From NCBI GenBank assembly GCA_963677595.1, contig OY782041.1:256001-320000 (forward strand): a stretch of 64,000 bases of DNA, in the 5' to 3' direction. The notes beneath the pieces were generated by a model. It ran no database searches. It saw nothing but the letters and a program-made list of their open reading frames with translations, and was not told the DNA's origin. Below, in pieces: positions 27,214 through 36,723 of the stretch. The stretch comes from Spirochaetia bacterium (GTDB taxonomy: Bacteria; Spirochaetota; Spirochaetia; CAKZLE01). Both the position numbers and the translations under genes were made by a program. Every line of letters begins with the position of its first letter. Position 1 is the stretch's first letter.

Positions 27214-28104
27214 TTATGCCCTGATGTAGTTGTAGATCTGCTGGGAGAACTTCTCGAGCTGGCTCAAGCCGGTGATCGGCTTCCCGTAGGTGGAGATGAT
27301 CTCGATGACCGTATCCGGGAAAGCTTTCGCAACCTGGTCAGGCCAGGGGGAACCGGGCAGGCACTTGTTCAGCATGATCCGCTGCAGGCGTATGCCCGAC
27401 ACGGCAAGCTGCTCCCTGATCTCCACGGCCTCCTCGAGGTTCATGACGTCCTTATTGAGTACGAGGACGAACTCCGCAGCCACGGGGTCCTGGAGCTTCC
27501 TGTTCAATGTCTGGTACTGGGTCTGCATCTTCTGCAGGCGGGTGTATACCGGGTCTTCCAGGACGTAGCCCGTATCCATCCCCTTATGGGCAAGGTGTGC
27601 CTTCCGCGCCAGGATATCAGCCCGCTTCGCGAGCAGGGATTCGATCCAGTAGAGGGAGAGCCCGGGTAAAGTCAGGGCCTTGATCGTGAGGTGGGTCGAT
27701 AACGTGTCGATCGCTATATCATCGAAGGTGTCTGAGAGGAGTGCATCCTGCATGATCATCAGGGTGGACATCTCATCGAGGCCGGGCGAGAACTGCAGGA
27801 GATCATAGGCAGGTTCATCATGGGTCCCCCGCCTTCGGAATACCTTCTTCAGCTCCTTCTCCCTGCCGGTGAGGTACTCACGGCTGTACCTGGACACATC
27901 AGTCTGGGTCAGCGTCAGGTTCGAGGAGATCTTCCGGTTCTTCCTGCCAAGGACGACCTCGAAGATCTGGTCTAGTCCCTTATGCATATCCATCGAGTTC
28001 AGGAGCGTACGGCTCCCGTCGAGCGCTGACCGCATGGTATCCAATGCAGCGCAGGTAGTCTTTCCTGAGCCTTCCTTCCCAAGGTATACATGTAGTTTTG
28101 CCAT
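27214..28104 (-). CDS. Divergent ArsA/GET3-like P-loop protein
   Basis: GKEGSGKTT, FSPGLDE, IAIDT, IMLNK; overall ArsA layout with altered signature motifs. Confidence 0.7.
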   Translation of the reverse strand: MAKLHVYLGKEGSGKTTCAALDTMRSALDGSRTLLNSMDMHKGLDQIFEVVLGRKNRKISSNLTLTQTDVSRYSREYLTGREKELKKVFRRRGTHDEPAYDLLQFSPGLDEMSTLMIMQDALLSDTFDDIAIDTLSTHLTIKALTLPGLSLYWIESLLAKRADILARKAHLAHKGMDTGYVLEDPVYTRLQKMQTQYQTLNRKLQDPVAAEFVLVLNKDVMNLEEAVEIREQLAVSGIRLQRIMLNKCLPGSPWPDQVAKAFPDTVIEIISTYGKPITGLSQLEKFSQQIYNYIRA

Positions 28105-28116
28105 AATCCCGCCTTG

Positions 28117-28377
28117 TTACGTGAGAGTCCTGTAGGGAATGCAGTCATCGAGTTTCGGGTTGTGCCCGATCATCTCGAACAGTTCCTCCTCCAGGTACGG
28201 AAGCAGTTCAAACGCTACCATACATGGAGGGCCGGGCAGGCCGAAGAAGGCACCGTAGACCTCAATGGTGAAAGCATGCTCCATCTCCGTGATCCTGCGG
28301 ACTGCCAGACGATCCATGAACCCAAGCTTCTTGTTCTGTTCCTGCAGGCCTTCACTGCCTGTCATGGGGTCTGTCAC
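28117..28377 (-). CDS. Small protein resembling the partner encoded beside ArsA-like ATPases in cstA loci
   Basis: EMEHAF..YGAFFGLPGPP..FELLPYLEEEL; GTG start after GAGGT. Confidence 0.5.
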   Translation of the reverse strand: MTDPMTGSEGLQEQNKKLGFMDRLAVRRITEMEHAFTIEVYGAFFGLPGPPCMVAFELLPYLEEELFEMIGHNPKLDDCIPYRTLT

Positions 28378-28549
28378 GTCTACAACCTCACACACCAGTT
28401 AGTTTTTACTTTTAGTCGTCATACTTTCTGTTCGTAGCAGGGTATCTGATTTCGATTATAATAACATATAATAGGAAAAAAAGTTACTTAAATGTATAAG
28501 CATACAGGAAAAATCTTAGCGTTCTGTGAACTTTTTGCGGTGAATACCC

Positions 28550-29146
28550 TCACAAGACCTGCTGCAACTCACTCCGGATCAGGGTATCTGCCAGCTTGAG
28601 ATAGGATACGATCTCATCGGAGTCCTCCCTGAAGTCGTTCTGTATCCAGTTCGTGACGATGGCGATCATCCCGCCCTCCCCGAAGAGGTAGATCTTCTCG
28701 AGCCTTCCTGCATGAACCGGCCCGACCTTCCGCTTCCACTCTTCGAGAAACTGTTCCCGGGTAGACTGCAGGATCTTCTTCATGAGGTTCCCTCCCCCGT
28801 GACCGGAGAAGACCAGCCTGCTGAGCTCCTTGTTGTCGAGCAGGGCACCCAACAGGTCACGGCTCATGCTGTCTATATCATCAGGAGTGCTGATCGCCAG
28901 GGTGATGATCTTCATGAACCTATCCTCGATGGTGGACAACAGGTGCTCGGGCCCATAGTAATACCGGTAGAAGGTATTGCGGTTGATGTCAGCCTCCCGG
29001 CAGATCTCAGTAACCGTGATCTGCCCGATCTCCTTCTCCTGCAGCAGGGCAAGCAGGCTCTGGGCAAGCACCATCTTCGTATACCGGGTCCTCCGGTCCT
29101 CTTTCCCGTCAGGTTCGAATACTGCCTCAATATGCTTCATAGGCAC
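28550..29146 (-). CDS. TetR/AcrR family regulator
   Basis: EDRRTRYTK, ITVTEICREADINRNTFYRYY HTH. Confidence 0.92.
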   Translation of the reverse strand: MPMKHIEAVFEPDGKEDRRTRYTKMVLAQSLLALLQEKEIGQITVTEICREADINRNTFYRYYYGPEHLLSTIEDRFMKIITLAISTPDDIDSMSRDLLGALLDNKELSRLVFSGHGGGNLMKKILQSTREQFLEEWKRKVGPVHAGRLEKIYLFGEGGMIAIVTNWIQNDFREDSDEIVSYLKLADTLIRSELQQVL

Positions 29147-29189
29147 TCCTCCTTGATCAATGGCTGTTTGCAGCCATTCTGGATGTAAT

Positions 29190-29215
29190 CGAACAGAACA
29201 TACCTGACCTGTTCG
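29190..29215. promoter_or_regulatory. Candidate TetR operator
   Basis: CGAACAG-N12-CTGTTCG inverted repeat between divergent tetR and SDR genes. Confidence 0.45.
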
Positions 29216-29280
29216 GGAACAGACAGGCTACAGCCAAGTCCTCATTGTCCTGTCAGTCATGCTGTCTCTATTATATAGGT

Positions 29281-30315
29281 ATGTATAGAAACCAACAAGC
29301 TGTCGCTTTTCATGGCAACAGAAAGATCCTGGTCACCGGGGCATTCGGGAACCTCGGGGAGAAGACCCTTGCGGAGGCACTGCGGCGGGGGTATGAGGTG
29401 AGCGTCTTCGATCTCCCCACGGTGAGGAACAAGAAGAAGGCAGCAAGCCTAAAGGATGCGCAGGTCCATCTCTTTTGGGGGGACCTGCGTGAACCCGGGG
29501 TGATCGCAGAGGCAGTCAGGGGGCAGGATGCAGTCATCCACCTGGCAGCGGTGACCCCGCCGTTCAGTGAACGCAACCCAGACCTCTCCCGGGAGGTCAA
29601 TGTGGGTGGGACGGAGAGGCTCCTCGAAGCTATCGAGGGGTGCATGCCCCATCCGGCCCTGGTGTTCTCCTCCTCCATGAGCATCATGGGGGCAGATGCC
29701 GATCGCACCCCTCCCCTCCACGTCGATGATCTGTTGAGACCGAGCTCCTGCTACACGGAGCAGAAGATCGCGTGTGAACAGCTGATTAGGAAGTCGTCGA
29801 TCCCCTGGATCATCGAACGGTTCGGGGCCGTGATCAACACCGAGCTGTCTGCCGAGACCGGCTCCCTGAAGGACTTCATGTCGGAGGTCTTCTCGATGAA
29901 CCTTGATACCAGGATCGAGGCGATCTGGAATATCGATGCGGCAGCAGCTCTGCTCAATGCCGCTGACCTGCTCTGCCGGGAACCGGAGACAGCAGGCAGC
30001 AGGACCCTCTTCATCGGGGGCGGGGCATCAGGGGGCTGGCAGCTCACTGCGAGGGAGTTCTACACCGCGATCTTCGAGGCTGTCGGTTTCGGCATGCTCG
30101 ATGAACACAAGTTCAGTGACCAGCCCTACCCTGCAGACTGGCTCGACACCGAGGAAGGCCAGGAACTCCTCGGCTACCAGAAGCATTCGTTCGACCAGTT
30201 CATCTTGGCATTAAAAGAGCATATGGGCTTCAAGCGGCACATGGCCAGGCTCCTTAAGGTATTGATCAGGTACATCCTCGAACACCAGGCCAAGGCCAGG
30301 TCAGGATTGGAGTGA
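29281..30315 (+). CDS. NAD-dependent epimerase/dehydratase (extended SDR)
   Basis: LVTGAFGNLG, VIHLAA, VNVGGT, YTEQK (YxxxK). Confidence 0.85.
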   Translation: MYRNQQAVAFHGNRKILVTGAFGNLGEKTLAEALRRGYEVSVFDLPTVRNKKKAASLKDAQVHLFWGDLREPGVIAEAVRGQDAVIHLAAVTPPFSERNPDLSREVNVGGTERLLEAIEGCMPHPALVFSSSMSIMGADADRTPPLHVDDLLRPSSCYTEQKIACEQLIRKSSIPWIIERFGAVINTELSAETGSLKDFMSEVFSMNLDTRIEAIWNIDAAAALLNAADLLCREPETAGSRTLFIGGGASGGWQLTAREFYTAIFEAVGFGMLDEHKFSDQPYPADWLDTEEGQELLGYQKHSFDQFILALKEHMGFKRHMARLLKVLIRYILEHQAKARSGLE

Positions 30316-31008
30316 GAAGAGCTTTGCCAGGGCCTTCCGGTCCAGCTTCCCCCATGGGTTCTCCTCCACCTTGAACGGCGTGATGAACATCCAGTCATAG
30401 ACCGGGTTCAGCAGCTTCTTCACCAGCCGCCCTTTGACCCTCTGTTCGAGGACCAGACAGCCCAGCTCCATACGCTTGTTCAGGTGCGATAGGGCATCGA
30501 GTTGTATGACGGAATCCGTGAGGGTCGGGTACTCCCGGTTCTCCCAGCTGATGACCACGGAGAACGGCAGGTCCGTGACCTTCCGCGACACCTCGAAGCG
30601 CATCCCCGGATTGATCACATAGCATGTGTCAGTCTCAGCGAACAGCCTGCACCGCTCTGCGGCTGCCTGATCATAGGAAGAGGGGAACTCGTCGAGGAAT
30701 ATCCCGTCGATCCCGGGGTACCACGCGAACCAGTCCGCGAGCATGGACTTGACCTGCTCAGACGGGGTCTTCAGATACCCCACGGGCAGATAGCCGAGGA
30801 CCCGGATCCCGGAAGCCTTGAGGAGACCGATACCTCTCGTGTAATGCTCCTGCACCCCGGGCCCAGGCCCGTTGTACGGATTGATCACGGCCATGACCGG
30901 TATCGCTGGATGATCATGCCCGAGCTGTGCCAGGTGCTCCCAGTCAGTGGTCGGGCTCCCCCCAGGCTTGTGGTTGGGGTCTATATAGAGCGGTATGAAG
31001 ATTCCCAT
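30301..31008 (-). CDS. Spherulation-specific family 4 (Sph3/GH135-like) protein
   Basis: IPLYIDP, AVINPYNGPG, VLGYL, IDGIFLDE, VINPG; start corrected to ATG 31008. Confidence 0.78.
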   Translation of the reverse strand: MGIFIPLYIDPNHKPGGSPTTDWEHLAQLGHDHPAIPVMAVINPYNGPGPGVQEHYTRGIGLLKASGIRVLGYLPVGYLKTPSEQVKSMLADWFAWYPGIDGIFLDEFPSSYDQAAAERCRLFAETDTCYVINPGMRFEVSRKVTDLPFSVVISWENREYPTLTDSVIQLDALSHLNKRMELGCLVLEQRVKGRLVKKLLNPVYDWMFITPFKVEENPWGKLDRKALAKLFSLQS

Positions 31009-31125
31009 ACCTAGAGTGTACCACAGGCAGGGCTGGTTTAGGTATGAAAAGTCCGGCACTGGACCTTGAATAATGGGTTCCAAACATTGTAATCTTGCAT
31101 ATCTTACGGTAAGGGGTGGAAATAG

Positions 31126-32019
31126 ATGAAGGTTGCCTGTTTTGGAGAATTGCTGTTTGACCATATCGAGGGAGTCTACTACCTGGGGGGAGCCCCCACG
31201 AACTTCGCGGGGCACTGCGCTAAACTGGGAGCCGAAGTCTACCTGTTCACCGCCATCGGGGATGACGATCTTGGGAGCCGAGGCCTGGCAGAAGCAAAGG
31301 CGCACGGGATCAGGGACCAGTTCATCACCGTCAACGACCATAAGACCGGGACGGTGGAAGTCACCCTCAAGGAGGGGATCCCCAGCTATGACATCGAGTT
31401 CAGTGCCTGGGACCATATCTCCTTCGATCCTGAGCAGCAAGAAGCCGTGAAAGCGATCGATTTCGACCTCTTCTACTTCGGGTCCCTTGCCCAGCGTACC
31501 GAGGACAACCGAGAGTTCCTCCACTCGCTCATACCACAGCTCTCCTTCAAGGAGGCCTTCCTCGATGTGAACCTCAGGCAGGAGTTCTACTCCGCCGCAG
31601 TCATCAGGGACTCCTTCACCTATGCGACCATCGTGAAGGTGAATGACGAGGAGCTGCCGGTCATCTCAAGACTGCTCTTCGATGAAGAGCTCGGGGCGGA
31701 GGATTTCTACCGACGGGCTGCCGGGCAGTACAACATCAGGACACTCATCCTCACCTGCGGCAAGGACGGGGCATACTACTATACTGCTGAGGACTCAGGG
31801 CATATACAGCCTAGTGACGTCAAGGTCGTCGATACCGTCGGTGCCGGGGACAGCTTCTCCGCCGGCTTCATGAGCGCGCTCTTCCAGACCGGGGATGTGA
31901 AGAAAGCCGTGATCTTCGCCACCTATCTGGCCGATTTCGTCGTCTCGAGCCAGGGAGCATTACCGGATTACCCGGCACGGATCGAAGAGAAGCTTGAGGA
32001 GCTGAAGGCTGCTCACTGA
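31126..32019 (+). CDS. PfkB carbohydrate kinase (fructokinase-like)
   Basis: GGAPTNFA, DVNLR, KVNDEEL, VVDTVGAGDSF. Confidence 0.92.
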   Translation: MKVACFGELLFDHIEGVYYLGGAPTNFAGHCAKLGAEVYLFTAIGDDDLGSRGLAEAKAHGIRDQFITVNDHKTGTVEVTLKEGIPSYDIEFSAWDHISFDPEQQEAVKAIDFDLFYFGSLAQRTEDNREFLHSLIPQLSFKEAFLDVNLRQEFYSAAVIRDSFTYATIVKVNDEELPVISRLLFDEELGAEDFYRRAAGQYNIRTLILTCGKDGAYYYTAEDSGHIQPSDVKVVDTVGAGDSFSAGFMSALFQTGDVKKAVIFATYLADFVVSSQGALPDYPARIEEKLEELKAAH

Positions 32020-34274
32020 TCCAGCTTGTCAGCAGCCTCTCTGGCCTGTGCAGCGAGATCGAGCAGGTCAGGATCCTGTGAGTACTTCTCGATGGAGGCG
32101 GCCATGTCACGATAGCTCTCGGCGGCTTTCTTCATATTACCAAGCCCCTCATACGCATTCCCAAGCAGCTGGTACTGCTGGTAGACCGAGTCATTCAGCC
32201 CGATAAGGATGTAGATATCCTTTAGGGCCTCATCATACTTCCCAAGCTGCGTATTGGCATACGCACGGTAGTACATCTCCTCTGTCCAGGTGGTGACCAT
32301 CCCATCAGGGAACATGAGATCCAGTGAATGGGTGAGATCGTCGACTGCTGCCGTGTAATCACCGCCCTGGAATGAGATCCTCCCTACGTGTGCCCAGTAG
32401 ATGGGATTCCCCGGCTTCAGTTCCGTCAGCTTCCTGAAGGTGTCCCTGCTCTTCCTTGCATCCCCGGAGTTGAAGGAACATTCAGCCAGGCCTTCCAGTG
32501 CCGCGATATCCCCCGGGTGCCGGGAGAGGAACTCCTCGTAATCGGGAACCGCCTGGGCGGGGTTCCCCATAGCCCGGTACAGCTCAGCCCGGTTGAAGTA
32601 TGCCTCGCTGCTCCCGAACACGATCGCCGAGCCGTAACTCCCGGCGGCTAAAAGCTCCTGGGAGAGCTCCCGGTAGCAGTCCCCCTGCCCCAGATAATAC
32701 TCATCCAGCTTATCGAAGGGACCGCTGGCATCGATGGCTGACTGGTAATGGTCCAAAGCCTCATCGTAGTGCCCCTGCTCCTGAAGGATCCCCGCGATAT
32801 CGGCATAGGAATCGGGGGAGACCTCGGAATCGAGCTCATCGAGCCTGAGGGCTTCCCGGTAGTCCGAGAGGGCCTCATCGGACCTTCCCATGTCTTCGAA
32901 CAGCCCTCCCCTCGCCGAGAAGTAGTCGGCTACCGGGTACTGGCTGTGCAGGATCGCCTGGGTTATATCAGAAAGGGCGGCTTCCAGGTTCCCGAGCTTG
33001 ACCTGGGTCATGTACCTGAGGTAGTAGTCGTTCTCAAGGTCCCTGCCCCCGAGCTCGATGACCCGGGTGAAGTCTGAAAGGGCTTCCTCATACCGTTCTG
33101 TCAGGAAATAGGACCGGGCCCTCATGTTGCAGAGTTCGGTCGTCTCCCCGACATGGGCTATCCCGTCGGAGTAGACAGCCTCAGCCTCCTCATACTCCCA
33201 GTTCGTGAAGAGGAGGTTCCCCAGCCTGATATAGTTGTATTCCCGTGCAGGTTCCAGTTCCACCGCCTTCCGGTAATCGGCCTCGGCAGCAGCATCCTCA
33301 CCGAGGGCCTCATAGGAGATGCCGCGGTAGTAATAGTACCGGTAGTCAGCCTCACTGCTGCCGATCCCGTCGGTATAGGCATCGACTGCTTCCTGGTAGT
33401 CACCCCTCGTGCGGTAGTACTTCCCGATATAGATGTAGCCATAGCCGTATGAGGGGTCTATCGAGACCGCCTTCTTATAATCAGCGAGAGCCTTATCCTC
33501 ATCCCCGTTCTTATCATGGATCTCCGCCCGCAAGGTACGGAGCTCACGGTCATTGGGGAACTTTGCTATGGCATCATCACAGGTCGTCAGGGCCCAGTTC
33601 AGGTCAGAGAGTTTCAAGTATGCATCGACGATCATCTTGTAGATCTCAAGGTGGCTCGCGCTCCCTGTCTGCAGGGCCTTGCGGTAATCCCCGATCTCGT
33701 TGAGGTATTCCCCTTTGTTGTAGTAGATGTACGCACGCTTCAGGTAGAGCTTCTGGCTGTTCGGGTACTTCTGCAGGGCAGTGTTCGCCTTCTTCAGGGC
33801 AGTATCGAACTTCTCCTGCTTCAAGTAGGCATCAACAAGGTCGAAGTAGGTGCCCTCGAGGTCGTTCCCGCCGATAGAGACCGCCCATTCCAGGGCCCCT
33901 GCGGCATATGCGTATTGTCCCTTCCGGCTGTAGTTCTTCGCCCGCAGGACATAGATCCCATACCTGATATCATCCGAGACGGCGTACTCGAGGGCCCGGG
34001 ACAGGTTCTTCCCGGCATCCTCGGTGTACCCCTTGTCGAGGTAGAGCCCGCCGATGAGGTAGTACCCCATGGCATACATGTTCTTCTTGTCATCGTTGTA
34101 CTGGGGATTCCCAAGGACATCTTTGAGATCCTGGAAGTAGCGTTCCACGGATTCGACCTGCCTCCGGTCGAAGGCATCGAGCATGTTCTGGTAGAGGTCA
34201 CTGATCTGGTTACCGAATAGTGATGAGGCTGCCGTAAGCAGCAGTATGATGAGGATACCTTTCAATCGTTTCAA
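32013..34274 (-). CDS. Exported multi-TPR protein
   Basis: TTG start after GGAGG; signal peptide; many 34-aa repeats (RG..Y..LG..A..DY..A..L.P). Confidence 0.85.
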   Translation of the reverse strand: MKRLKGILIILLLTAASSLFGNQISDLYQNMLDAFDRRQVESVERYFQDLKDVLGNPQYNDDKKNMYAMGYYLIGGLYLDKGYTEDAGKNLSRALEYAVSDDIRYGIYVLRAKNYSRKGQYAYAAGALEWAVSIGGNDLEGTYFDLVDAYLKQEKFDTALKKANTALQKYPNSQKLYLKRAYIYYNKGEYLNEIGDYRKALQTGSASHLEIYKMIVDAYLKLSDLNWALTTCDDAIAKFPNDRELRTLRAEIHDKNGDEDKALADYKKAVSIDPSYGYGYIYIGKYYRTRGDYQEAVDAYTDGIGSSEADYRYYYYRGISYEALGEDAAAEADYRKAVELEPAREYNYIRLGNLLFTNWEYEEAEAVYSDGIAHVGETTELCNMRARSYFLTERYEEALSDFTRVIELGGRDLENDYYLRYMTQVKLGNLEAALSDITQAILHSQYPVADYFSARGGLFEDMGRSDEALSDYREALRLDELDSEVSPDSYADIAGILQEQGHYDEALDHYQSAIDASGPFDKLDEYYLGQGDCYRELSQELLAAGSYGSAIVFGSSEAYFNRAELYRAMGNPAQAVPDYEEFLSRHPGDIAALEGLAECSFNSGDARKSRDTFRKLTELKPGNPIYWAHVGRISFQGGDYTAAVDDLTHSLDLMFPDGMVTTWTEEMYYRAYANTQLGKYDEALKDIYILIGLNDSVYQQYQLLGNAYEGLGNMKKAAESYRDMAASIEKYSQDPDLLDLAAQAREAADKLDQ

Positions 34275-34380
34275 TGTCGCAACCTCCAGGACGTGAATCA
34301 CGGGTCCGGGCCGTTCCAGGCCCCCCTGTGATTATACCATATGGGGCAGTAATGAAAAGGGGGTGGGAAGGAGCAGCCGG

Positions 34381-36663
34381 TCAGTCCTGGAGTACGGGAA
34401 AATAGATCCTGATCTCCGTCCCAGCCGACTCCTCACTGCTTACGTCGATATAGCCGTTATGCTCATTGACGATCCCGTAGATGATCGACAGCCCGAGCCC
34501 GGCACCGGCTGCAGCATCCTTCGTCGAGAAGAACGGGTCGAACAGGTTAGCCACCTGCTCCCGGCTCATCCCGATTCCGGTATCCCCCATGGTGAGGCAG
34601 ACATACTGGCCAGGCGGCATCATCTTCCCGTATACGGGCATCCTCCCCTCCAGGATCAGCTCTGAGGTCGCTATTGCGAACTCCCCTCCCGCTGACATGG
34701 CATCATTGGCATTCATGCAGATGTTCAGCAGCAGGTGTTCGAGCTGCTGGGGATCGGCGAGGATGTCAGGGAGGGTTTCCGTCTCGAAGAGCTTGAGTTC
34801 CACCCCGTCATGGAACAGGGGGTAGATACTCGGCATCAGCTGCATGATGAGTTCCTGGAGGTTCAGCCGCCGGAGTTCGAGTTCGTTATTCCGGCTGAAC
34901 CTGAGCAGCTGCTCCACAAGACTCTTAGCCTTAGTCCCGGCATCGATGATCGATCTCATCATCACCTGCTCGGCAGGCTCCCCTTCCATCGAATCGAGGA
35001 CGAGTTCACTGTAGCCGAGGATCACCTGGAGGAGGTTGTTGAAATCATGCGCCACACCGCCGGCGAGCCTGCTGACCGACTCTATCCGCTGGGTATGCCG
35101 CAGCTGTTCCTCCAGCCGTTTCCGGTCAGTCATGTCTCTTCCGATGACCAGGTACCCGAACAGGCCTTCCCCCTCCTCCTCGAGGGGGGTGATCACGAGG
35201 TCTATGGGGATCGTGGTGCCGTCCTTCCTGACGGCAGTGATCTCCACCTGCCTGCTGAGCATCCTGCGGCCATGGTCTCTCCGGCCGGCAGACTCCTCCA
35301 GCTCATCGAAGGTCTCGAGGACGACCTGCCGGGATTCCTCGGTCATCAGCGTCCTCACGGGGAGTGAGGCAAGCTCACCTGCAGAATACCCCAGGAGCCT
35401 CTCCGCAGAGGGGGAGATGAACTCAGTCACGAACTGTGAGTCGATCGTCCAGATGATATCGCTCGAGGAGTCGAGGATCGCCTGGATCCTCCCTTCATTC
35501 TCCCTGAGCTGCTGCTCGATGCGCTTCAGCTCGCTGATGTCCGTATAGACACCGAGGATCCCGAAGACCTCACCCTCGGAGTTGATCAGCGGGACCTTGC
35601 TGGTGTAGGACCAGCCTCTTTGCCCCTCTGCATCGAAGAGCTGGTTCACCTCATGGATGACGGGTACCCTGCTCTCCATGATGCGCTGGTCCTGCGCACG
35701 GTAGTACTCATATTCGGCGGTGATATAGGGAAGCTCCCTATCGGTCTTCCCGATGACATCCCTATAGGATGCTACCCCGGTATCATGGGCGAAGACATCA
35801 TTCGCTCCCTGGTAGACAGACTCCGTATCCTTCCAGAAGACCCCGGAAGGCATGTTCGCCAGGATCGTCTTCAGCAGGTTGTTGGTATGTTCGAGTTCCA
35901 CCTTCTTCAGGTGGGCATCCGTGATATCGCGGTTGAGGCCAATGATCTTCGTCGGCTGCCCGTCCTCATCATATGCCGCTGCCAGGGCGAACCCCTCAAG
36001 CCAGATGAGTCCCTTCTCCTCGCTGTCGAAGGGAAAAACAACATGGTAGGAGTCAATCCTCCCGGAGAGGTAGTCATGCATCGTCCGGTAGAGCATCGCA
36101 CTCACCTCTGAGGTGATATGCTCTTCGAAATAGTCATGGAAGTCATCCAGGTCAACCGCTTCAGGCACCCCGTAGAGGGCTTTCCAGTTCTCATCGACCT
36201 GGTTCTCCTCCGTCCTCACATCATAGATCCATCGTGCTCCCTTCCAGAGCTTCATCATCATCCTGAACTGGCTGCTCTCATCAGCCAGGCCGTCCCGGCA
36301 GTCGCAGGGAGAGTTCTGTACCGTATCCAGGAGGAGCGAGATTCCTGAGGCTGCAGCCTGGAGAGTGTTTCTTCCGGGGTCAGTATCGACCCCCGTGATG
36401 ATGAGCATCTGTTCACCTGCTCCGATGTGCAAGGGGCAGAAGAGTGTGGTCCCCGACTGGTCATGTCCTGGGAGTACCCGCATCGGGTCGAACCCCTCGA
36501 GCGGGACCGCCTCGCTGAAGCGACTGAGGAGTTCACCGGCACTGGTGTGATCCACGGTGCCGGAGATGACCTCCTGTCCCTGCAGGAGGATGCACCTGAG
36601 GCCGTAGAGGTCCTCAAGGCGGGGAATACGTTCATTGAGATGGTGCAGCGGATCGTGTTCCAT
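34381..36663 (-). CDS. Cytoplasmic multi-PAS sensor histidine kinase
   Basis: Three PAS/PAC domains; H-box LAGGVAHDFNNLL, N-box NICMNANDAM, DTGIGM, GAGLGLS. Confidence 0.92.
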   Translation of the reverse strand: MEHDPLHHLNERIPRLEDLYGLRCILLQGQEVISGTVDHTSAGELLSRFSEAVPLEGFDPMRVLPGHDQSGTTLFCPLHIGAGEQMLIITGVDTDPGRNTLQAAASGISLLLDTVQNSPCDCRDGLADESSQFRMMMKLWKGARWIYDVRTEENQVDENWKALYGVPEAVDLDDFHDYFEEHITSEVSAMLYRTMHDYLSGRIDSYHVVFPFDSEEKGLIWLEGFALAAAYDEDGQPTKIIGLNRDITDAHLKKVELEHTNNLLKTILANMPSGVFWKDTESVYQGANDVFAHDTGVASYRDVIGKTDRELPYITAEYEYYRAQDQRIMESRVPVIHEVNQLFDAEGQRGWSYTSKVPLINSEGEVFGILGVYTDISELKRIEQQLRENEGRIQAILDSSSDIIWTIDSQFVTEFISPSAERLLGYSAGELASLPVRTLMTEESRQVVLETFDELEESAGRRDHGRRMLSRQVEITAVRKDGTTIPIDLVITPLEEEGEGLFGYLVIGRDMTDRKRLEEQLRHTQRIESVSRLAGGVAHDFNNLLQVILGYSELVLDSMEGEPAEQVMMRSIIDAGTKAKSLVEQLLRFSRNNELELRRLNLQELIMQLMPSIYPLFHDGVELKLFETETLPDILADPQQLEHLLLNICMNANDAMSAGGEFAIATSELILEGRMPVYGKMMPPGQYVCLTMGDTGIGMSREQVANLFDPFFSTKDAAAGAGLGLSIIYGIVNEHNGYIDVSSEESAGTEIRIYFPVLQD

Positions 36664-36723
36664 GGTATCCCCATTCTACCACAGTGTGCTGCCTATGTGG
36701 TAACAGTTTTCCTGGATTCTCCC

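Noticed and set aside
28510-28545. Possible LytTR direct repeat upstream of the ArsA-like pair
   Set aside because: Weak match, and spacing (~18 bp) does not fit the usual 21-22 bp period
31009-31524. 407-aa version of the spherulin-4 ORF
   Set aside because: The extension is antisense to the PfkB kinase and has no recognisable motifs
29281-34274. Epimerase + spherulin-4 + TPR as a Pel/GAG-like exopolysaccharide locus
   Set aside because: Mixed orientations, interrupted by a sugar kinase, and no glycosyltransferase, deacetylase or exporter
32013-34274. Repeats in the TPR gene as a DNA repeat array
   Set aside because: Protein-level degenerate repeats only; no identical nucleotide repeat/spacer structure
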